DNA from: Bacteroidaceae bacterium | GTDB taxonomy: Bacteria > Bacteroidota > Bacteroidia > Bacteroidales > Bacteroidaceae | Direction: 5' to 3' | Assembly (NCBI GenBank): GCA_017560125.1 | Contig: JAFYOS010000027.1 | Span: 98,472-162,471, forward strand | DNA length: 64,000 bases | Shown here: positions 58,080 to 64,000 of the stretch, one piece after another | Layout of the letters: each line of letters opens with the position of its first letter | Position numbering within the stretch: the stretch's first letter is position 1 | Notes under the pieces: model-generated | Seen by the model: only the letters and a program-made list of their open reading frames with translations | The model's database searches: none | What the model was told of the DNA's origin: nothing | Program-made: the position numbers and the translations under genes

Positions 58080-60287
58080 ATGATACAGACAGTACTCAAA
58101 AGAGATGGTCGCATCGTGGGCTTCAACCGCGAAAAAATTGCTGCTGCCATTCGCAAAGCAATGTTGACGACCGAAAGAGGCGAGGACGAAGCCCTCGTTT
58201 ATAAGATAGTAGATCGTATCGAGTTTCGTGGCAAGGAGCAGTCGTCCGTAGAGGAGATTCAGGATATGGTCGAGGTGGAGCTGATGGCTTCGCCACGCAA
58301 GGAGGTTGCAAAAAGCTATATAGCCTATCGCGACAAGCGTAGCATCGCCCGCAAGGCAAAGACCCGCGAGATGTTCCTCGAGATTGTAGAGGCCAAGTCG
58401 AACGATGTGACACGCGAAAATGCCAATATGAACGCCGATACTCCGGCGGGCATGATGATGAAATTTGCATCGGAGACCACAAAACCTTTCGTCGATGACT
58501 ATTTGCTCTCGGAGCAGACGTTGTGGGCCGTTCGCAACAACTACCTCCACATCCACGACAAGGATTATTACCCTACAAAATCGCTCACATGTATCCAGCA
58601 CCCGTTGGACAAGATACTTGAGCGCGGTTTTCAGGCGGGCCATGGCGAGAGCCGTCCCACCAAGCGAATAGAGACCGCTTCCATCATGGCATGTATATCT
58701 ATGGAGACCGTGCAGAACGAAATGCATGGTGGTCAGGCTGTTCCCGCATTCGATTTCTATCTTGCCCCCTATGTGCGCCGCAGTTATATAGAGGAGGTGA
58801 AGATTATAGAGAGCCTTGCCGGTGTTGATTTGAAGCATCTCTACGATGCCAAGATAGACGACTATGTGGTGCGCGACCTCGATTTCATGCAGGGTGACGA
58901 GCGTTTCAAGCAGCACGCCATCAATCGCACCGTAAACCGAGTGCATCAGTCGATGGAAGCTTTCATCCACAATATGAACACAATCCATTCGCGTGGCGGT
59001 AATCAGGTGGTGTTCTCGTCGGTGAACTACGGTACAGATACCTCGGCCGAGGGACGTTGCATCATCCGCGAGCTGTTGCAATCGACCTACGAGGGCGTGG
59101 GTGGCGGCTCGACAGCCATCTTCCCCATTCAGATATGGAAAAAGAAACGCGGTGTAAGCTATTTGCCCGAGGACAAGAACTACGACCTCTACCAATTTGC
59201 ATGTAAAGTGGCCGCACGCCGTTTCTATCCCAATTTCGTGAACCTTGATGCTACATTCAATACCCACGAGAAATGGAACGAAGCCGACCCCGAGCGTTAC
59301 AAGTACGAGGTGGCTACCATGGGATGCCGCACACGTGTATTCGAGAACCGCTTTGGCGAGAAGACATCCATTGCGCGTGGTAACCTGTCGTTCTCTACCA
59401 TCAACATAGTTCGCCTTGCCATCGAGTGCATGGAAATAGAGGACAAGACGCGCCGAATAGAGAGTTTCTTTGCCAAGCTCGACGAACTTCTCGAGATTAC
59501 AGCCAAGCAGTTGTGCGACCGTTACGAATTCCAAAAGACAGCATTGGCCAAGCAGTTCCCGTTGCTCATGTCGTCGCTGTGGACTGGTTGCGACGAATTG
59601 AAGCCCAACGACATGGTAGGTCGTGTTATCAATCAGGGTACATTGGGTATAGGCTTCATCGGACTGGCCGAGTGCCTTATGGCACTGGTGGGTAAGCACC
59701 ATGGTGAGTGCAGCGAAGCACAGGCGTTGGGCTTGCGCATTGTTACATATATGCGCGACAGAGCGAACGAGTTCTCGGAACGCTATCAGCACAATTTCAG
59801 CGTGTTGGCAACACCCGCCGAGGGATTGTCGGGACGTTTCACCCGCATCGACCGCAAAAAATTCGGCGAAATTGCCGGCGTGACCGACCGAATATATTAC
59901 ACGAACTCCAACCACGTGCCTGTATATTACAAATGCTCGCCCAAGCACAAGGCCGAGGTCGAGGCTCCCTATCACGACCTTACCCGTGGCGGACACATCT
60001 TCTATATAGAGATTGATGGCGATGCAACACACAACCCGCAGGCCATTATGGATATTGTCGATTTAATGGACAAGAACAACATCGGTTACTGCTCGGTAAA
60101 TCACAACCGCAACCGCTGTATGAACTGCGGCTACGAGGATGCCCAGCAGGAGCTGACCGTTTGTCCTAAGTGTGGAAGCGACAACATAGATAAATTGCAG
60201 CGCATCACCGGCTATCTTGTAGGTACCACCGAACGCTGGAATAAAGCTAAACTGGCCGAGCTCAATGACCGCATCATCCACAAATAG
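58080..60287 (+). CDS. nrdD: Anaerobic ribonucleoside-triphosphate reductase (class III)
   Basis: 735 aa. N-terminal ATP-cone (VLKRDGRIVGFNREKI), C-terminal Zn ribbon (CMNCG...CPKCG), and glycyl-radical motif RITGYLVG. Confidence 0.95.
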   Translation: MIQTVLKRDGRIVGFNREKIAAAIRKAMLTTERGEDEALVYKIVDRIEFRGKEQSSVEEIQDMVEVELMASPRKEVAKSYIAYRDKRSIARKAKTREMFLEIVEAKSNDVTRENANMNADTPAGMMMKFASETTKPFVDDYLLSEQTLWAVRNNYLHIHDKDYYPTKSLTCIQHPLDKILERGFQAGHGESRPTKRIETASIMACISMETVQNEMHGGQAVPAFDFYLAPYVRRSYIEEVKIIESLAGVDLKHLYDAKIDDYVVRDLDFMQGDERFKQHAINRTVNRVHQSMEAFIHNMNTIHSRGGNQVVFSSVNYGTDTSAEGRCIIRELLQSTYEGVGGGSTAIFPIQIWKKKRGVSYLPEDKNYDLYQFACKVAARRFYPNFVNLDATFNTHEKWNEADPERYKYEVATMGCRTRVFENRFGEKTSIARGNLSFSTINIVRLAIECMEIEDKTRRIESFFAKLDELLEITAKQLCDRYEFQKTALAKQFPLLMSSLWTGCDELKPNDMVGRVINQGTLGIGFIGLAECLMALVGKHHGECSEAQALGLRIVTYMRDRANEFSERYQHNFSVLATPAEGLSGRFTRIDRKKFGEIAGVTDRIYYTNSNHVPVYYKCSPKHKAEVEAPYHDLTRGGHIFYIEIDGDATHNPQAIMDIVDLMDKNNIGYCSVNHNRNRCMNCGYEDAQQELTVCPKCGSDNIDKLQRITGYLVGTTERWNKAKLAELNDRIIHK

Positions 60288-60765
60288 CATACGCATACTC
60301 GATATCAAGTATGGTACATCGGTCGATGGAGTAGGGCTGCGCACCTCGCTCTATTGTGCAGGTTGCGAGAACCATTGCGTCGGATGCCACAATCCGCAGT
60401 CGTGGGACGAGGAGGGTGGCGAGGCCGTTTCGGTCGATGTGCTGTTCGACGAGATTGTCGATGCCGATATGAATGTGACCTTCACCGGTGGCGATCCCAT
60501 GCTGCATCCCGAGGGCTTCATCGAGCTTGCTCGAATGATAAAGCAGAAGACCGATAAAACCATTTGGTGTTACACCGGTTACCGTTTCGAGGATTTATTG
60601 CTGCACCCCATGCGTCGGGCATTGGTGGAATTGTGCGACGTCGTGGTCGATGGCCGATACATAGAGGCCGAGCGCGATTTGTCGTTGCGATTTAGGGGAA
60701 GCCGCAATCAGCGGATAATCGATGTTCCCAGGTCGCTCCAGGGTACAATATATACATTGGAATAG
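60265..60765 (+). CDS. nrdG: Anaerobic ribonucleotide reductase activating protein (radical SAM)
   Basis: 166 aa. S.VDGVGLR and the CxxxCxxC cluster CENHCVGC. 23-nt overlap with nrdD. Confidence 0.9.
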   Translation: MTASSTNSIRILDIKYGTSVDGVGLRTSLYCAGCENHCVGCHNPQSWDEEGGEAVSVDVLFDEIVDADMNVTFTGGDPMLHPEGFIELARMIKQKTDKTIWCYTGYRFEDLLLHPMRRALVELCDVVVDGRYIEAERDLSLRFRGSRNQRIIDVPRSLQGTIYTLE

Positions 60766-60780
60766 ACAGGATAGAGATAA

Positions 60781-60825
60781 ATTGCCGAGGCGAACAGATA
60801 TTTCCCTCGGCAATCTCTTTTCTTG
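60781..60825 (+). terminator. Probable intrinsic terminator after nrdG
   Basis: 10-bp stem attgccgagg/cctcggcaat with a 14-nt loop, followed by the T-rich ctcttttctt. Confidence 0.55.
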
Positions 60826-60953
60826 TATATATCCCGACGGCCTCGCAATGTGAAACAGGCTTAAAAAAACGGGAATAATGTCAAAGGTGTGTGAAAAAAT
60901 TTGCCGAGTGTGTAATATTGTATATTTTCGCACAAATTTTAATGAGGATACAT

Positions 60954-61682
60954 ATGAACAGATCTATTAGTAAATATGTGGCAATGCTGTTTTTGGTGGC
61001 ACTGCCTTTTGTGGCCCCTACACGCGTGGATGCACAGAACAATCTGCCGCAGGTGCCGTATATCGACATAAATGCGTCGGCGCAGCGCAAGGTTACTCCC
61101 GACGAGATTTATTTGGTAATTACCATCAAAGAGAGCGACTACAAGGGCAAAAAGAGCCTTCAGCAGATGCAGCAGACCATGGTCGATGTGCTGAAGAAGG
61201 ACGGTGTGAATATCGACGAGCAGCTGACGGTGCTCACTATGGGCAGTTCGGTGAAATTGAAGGCCTTCTCGTCCAAAATAAAGAGCCTCACCACGGCGCA
61301 GTATCAGCTGAAACTGGGCTCGGCCGAGGATATGCAGACCGTAATAGCCGACCTCGAGAAGAAAGAGATTTCGAATATCGTTCTCATCGAAACCAAGTAT
61401 TCCAAGATGAAGGAACTGGAGTCGGAGCTCGGCGTCGAGGCTGTGAAGAACGCACAGCAGAAGGCTCGTCTGCTGGCAACCGCCATAGGACAAGAGGCTG
61501 GCAAGGCTATCTATATAAATACATGGGGCATGAACTCCACCGCGCCGGCGCGTAACCTTAGGGCAAGCAAGATGGCGGTAGTGGAGGATGCGGCAGTGGG
61601 CCTTGTTGATACACCATCCACCCTCTCCATCGCCGAAACCGAATACACGGTGACTGTGAACGTACGATTCGAACTGAAATAA
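60954..61682 (+). CDS. SIMPL-domain (DUF541) periplasmic protein
   Basis: Signal peptide ends VDA|Q. The composition and the C-terminal SI..TEYTVTVNVRFEL block are typical of SIMPL/DUF541. I prefer the start at MNRSISKYV. The ORF-track start is 60891. Confidence 0.7.
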   Translation: MNRSISKYVAMLFLVALPFVAPTRVDAQNNLPQVPYIDINASAQRKVTPDEIYLVITIKESDYKGKKSLQQMQQTMVDVLKKDGVNIDEQLTVLTMGSSVKLKAFSSKIKSLTTAQYQLKLGSAEDMQTVIADLEKKEISNIVLIETKYSKMKELESELGVEAVKNAQQKARLLATAIGQEAGKAIYINTWGMNSTAPARNLRASKMAVVEDAAVGLVDTPSTLSIAETEYTVTVNVRFELK

Positions 61683-61753
61683 TTTAACAAACACAACGCA
61701 ATGTGTGGCTACGTGTGCAGCCATCGTTGTATAAAACACAAACAGGTAAAGCT

Positions 61754-62296
61754 ATGACTGCTTCCTTGCTGAAACTATTTGCGACCTTCTCCAAGATAGG
61801 CCTTTTTACCATCGGAGGGGGATACGCAATGATACCAATGATAGAGCACGATGTGGTGGAACGCAACCGCTGGGTCGAGAAGGAGGAATTCCTCGATCTG
61901 CTGGCGTTGGCCCAGTCGGCTCCAGGCGTATTTGCCGTAAATATAGCCATTTTTATAGGCTACAAACTGCGTGGCGTCAGGGGGGCGCTTTTCGCTTCGC
62001 TGGGCAGTGCCTTCCCATCGGTGGTCATCATACTGATGATTGCCCTTTTCTTTCAAAATTTTCGCGAGAACAAGCTGGTGGAGCATATCTTCTGGGGCAT
62101 ACGCCCGGCGGTGGTAGCCTTGGTTGCCGCTCCGGTGTTCTCTGTGGCTAAAACGGCGCGCATCACATATACCACAGTGTGGATTCCCATTGTGGCCGCC
62201 CTGTTGATTGTGGCTATGGGAGTGTCGCCCATTTATATAATACCCGGCGCTATTGTGGCGGGATTGGTCTATGGTAAAATAAAGAGAAAAATATGA
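61754..62296 (+). CDS. Chromate transporter family protein (short CHR, first half)
   Basis: F.KIGLFTIGGGYAMIP....V block. I prefer the start at MTASLLKLF. The ORF-track start is 61703. Confidence 0.85.
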   Translation: MTASLLKLFATFSKIGLFTIGGGYAMIPMIEHDVVERNRWVEKEEFLDLLALAQSAPGVFAVNIAIFIGYKLRGVRGALFASLGSAFPSVVIILMIALFFQNFRENKLVEHIFWGIRPAVVALVAAPVFSVAKTARITYTTVWIPIVAALLIVAMGVSPIYIIPGAIVAGLVYGKIKRKI

Positions 62297-62877
62297 TGCA
62301 GCTGCTCGAACTATTTATTACGTTTTTCAAGATAGGCCTTTTCAGTTTCGGCGGTGGCTATGGTATTCTCTCTGTCATACAGGGCGAGGTGGTCACCCGT
62401 TACGGATGGCTCACCGTGGCCGAATTTACCGATATTGTGGCAATCAGCCAGATGACTCCCGGCCCTATAAGCATAAATATGGCAACCTATGTGGGATATA
62501 CCATCATGAACAACTGTTGCGACTCGCGTGTCATTGCCATCATAGGTTCGCTGGTTACATCGTTTGCCTTGATGCTGCCGTCGCTCATACTGATGGTCAT
62601 AATAAGCCGCTACCTAATTAAATACAGCAAGGGACCGACGGTTAATGCCGTTTTTCGCGTGTTGCGTCCCACGGTGGTGGGCCTTATTGCTTCGGCTGCG
62701 TTGCTGTTGATGAATAGCGAGAACTATGGTACACCTGCCGAAAGCCCGTTGCGTTTTGTAGTGAGCGTTCTCATCTCGGTTGCGGCCTTTGTGGCTTTGC
62801 GTCGCAAGGTGAGCCCCATATTCATACTTGTGGTAAGCGGCATATTTGGTGCGTTGTTCTATACGTTTTTCGGCTGA
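62293..62877 (+). CDS. Chromate transporter family protein (short CHR, second half)
   Basis: 194 aa. FFKIGLFSFGGGYGILS block. ATGA overlap with the first half. Confidence 0.85.
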   Translation: MMQLLELFITFFKIGLFSFGGGYGILSVIQGEVVTRYGWLTVAEFTDIVAISQMTPGPISINMATYVGYTIMNNCCDSRVIAIIGSLVTSFALMLPSLILMVIISRYLIKYSKGPTVNAVFRVLRPTVVGLIASAALLLMNSENYGTPAESPLRFVVSVLISVAAFVALRRKVSPIFILVVSGIFGALFYTFFG

Positions 62878-62946
62878 TAGACCACACTTTTTCTATTTTT
62901 AACAACTTATTTGAGAAATTAAGAACAATTCTCACGTTTTTCACCC

Positions 62947-62954
62947 TATATTTG
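62947..62954 (+). promoter_or_regulatory. Candidate -7 promoter box (TATATTTG)
   Basis: Exact TAnnTTTG match 24 nt upstream of the ATG at 62978. Confidence 0.45.
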
Positions 62955-62977
62955 CGATAATTTATAAAACCGTTAAA

Positions 62978-63922
62978 ATGAAAATAATCACTACTATGAA
63001 AAAATTTTATACACTGTTATTCATGCTTGCAACCCTGTTTGCATTCAGCGCATGTAGCGAGAGCGAAGGCTTCGACCCCTACAGAAGCCAGGAGAAGCGT
63101 CCCATGTATCCTGCTGTAGTATCTTTCAGCAGTGTCGATAACGACGATACAGGCACCGACAAGAAATGGGAATTCACATATAACGCCGACAACACCATCA
63201 GGTCATATAAATACAGCAACCACGTCATTACAAAGAGCGGTGTGGAAATTATCGAGAACCACTCGGGCAAGCTCATATACTACACCGATGCCGCAGGCGT
63301 GAAATGGATTCAGAACGACCTTGTTGTGAGCAATGTAGTGAAGGATGTTACATCCGAGGAGAGCTATTGCGATACCATTAAAGAGGACGTGAAGATTATA
63401 TCGGATCTTATTCACTCTATAAAGACTACCGGACAGCGCACCTACTCGAATGGTACCTATGAAATATATTCAAATACACGCGATTTCAGCTACACCGACA
63501 AATATTGTACCGGTAGCTCGTATGCTCACGCGTTGGGTACAACCACATATCGTTACGACTGGGGCAATGCGCAGTTGAAACGTGTCACCGTGTATGAGCA
63601 GGGCAATAACAACAGCATGTCGCAGATGGTTTATAACTACCAGCACAGCAAGAGAGAGCTTGCTTGCGACTACGGCTTCAATACATTGGCGTTTGTATAT
63701 GGCAATTTCCCCGAGGTGTATGCAGCCATGAACCTTTTTGGAGAGACATCGGCCTATGAGATAGAGAGCGAGAACTACAGCGGTTACAGAAATATAAACG
63801 GCACACGTTACGACATTTCGCCCGTAAGCCGTAGCTTCTCTCTGTTGGAATCGAACAACAGTGTTACCTATGCGGCCGATTCACCCAATTTTATTTCCTA
63901 CTTCTTCACATTTGCGAAATAA
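62978..63922 (+). CDS. Hypothetical lipoprotein
   Basis: 314 aa. Lipobox LFAFSACSE. Tyr/Asn/Ser-rich beta-type composition. No family recognised. An alternative start at 62996 is possible. Confidence 0.6.
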   Translation: MKIITTMKKFYTLLFMLATLFAFSACSESEGFDPYRSQEKRPMYPAVVSFSSVDNDDTGTDKKWEFTYNADNTIRSYKYSNHVITKSGVEIIENHSGKLIYYTDAAGVKWIQNDLVVSNVVKDVTSEESYCDTIKEDVKIISDLIHSIKTTGQRTYSNGTYEIYSNTRDFSYTDKYCTGSSYAHALGTTTYRYDWGNAQLKRVTVYEQGNNNSMSQMVYNYQHSKRELACDYGFNTLAFVYGNFPEVYAAMNLFGETSAYEIESENYSGYRNINGTRYDISPVSRSFSLLESNNSVTYAADSPNFISYFFTFAK

Positions 63923-63935
63923 AACCTTCTAAACC

Positions 63936-64000
63936 ATGCTATATAGCAACGGTATGGACTATACAAAAATGACCGACAGGGAGCTCATCGAAAGGATTGT
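63936..64000 (+). CDS. Start of an unidentified ORF (partial, runs off the window)
   Basis: ATG 13 nt after the previous stop, reading MLYSNGMDYTKMTDRELIERI. This N-terminus resembles some ECF sigma factors, but 21 aa is not enough to call it. Confidence 0.3.
   Translation, partial: MLYSNGMDYTKMTDRELIERI

Overview
This window reads as a syntenic core-chromosome segment of a Bacteroidota (Bacteroidales-type) genome at about 50% GC. It is almost entirely housekeeping and envelope genes, densely packed on both strands. Lineage evidence: the giant type IX secretion translocon gene sprA, a T9SS C-terminal sorting domain on a GH95 glycosidase, an 11-subunit nuo operon (nuoA,B,CD,H-N) with no nuoEFG, many exact TAnnTTTG (-7) promoter boxes, and signal peptides that end in A|Q. 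Recognisable genes in order: GDPD phosphodiesterase, TolC-like OMP, tRNA nucleotidyltransferase, GH95 fucosidase, DUF456, sprA, ruvA, ALDH, SDR, NucA-like nuclease, ABC exporter, ZIP transporter, ilvE, DUF975, trmB, Dabb, mrp/apbC, the nuo operon, PNP, lpxK, exbB/exbD/exbD, folA, thyA, an RsmB/F-like methyltransferase, a DsbD-like protein, bacterial GH3, an Ig-like lipoprotein, DUF3108, cysS, glutaminyl cyclase, sufE, LD-carboxypeptidase, U32 peptidase, a cobalamin riboswitch with nrdDG, a SIMPL protein, a split chrA pair, and two tRNAs (Arg-CCT, Ser-GGA). I found no transposase, integrase, phage, CRISPR, toxin-antitoxin or recognisable defence genes, and no convincing novel multi-gene system. 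The items most worth a second look are: (1) three tandem 83-bp modules upstream of thyA, each carrying a promoter-like box and a terminator-shaped hairpin, which could be tandem small-RNA genes or a promoter amplification; (2) the uncharacterised GH3 / Ig-like lipoprotein / DUF3108 trio; (3) the tightly coupled ruvA-sprA-DUF456 operon with an adjacent T9SS cargo gene; (4) a roughly 750-bp ORF-poor gap at the window start; (5) the B12 riboswitch on nrdDG. All family calls come from reading the translated ORFs and motifs by eye. No database search was run.
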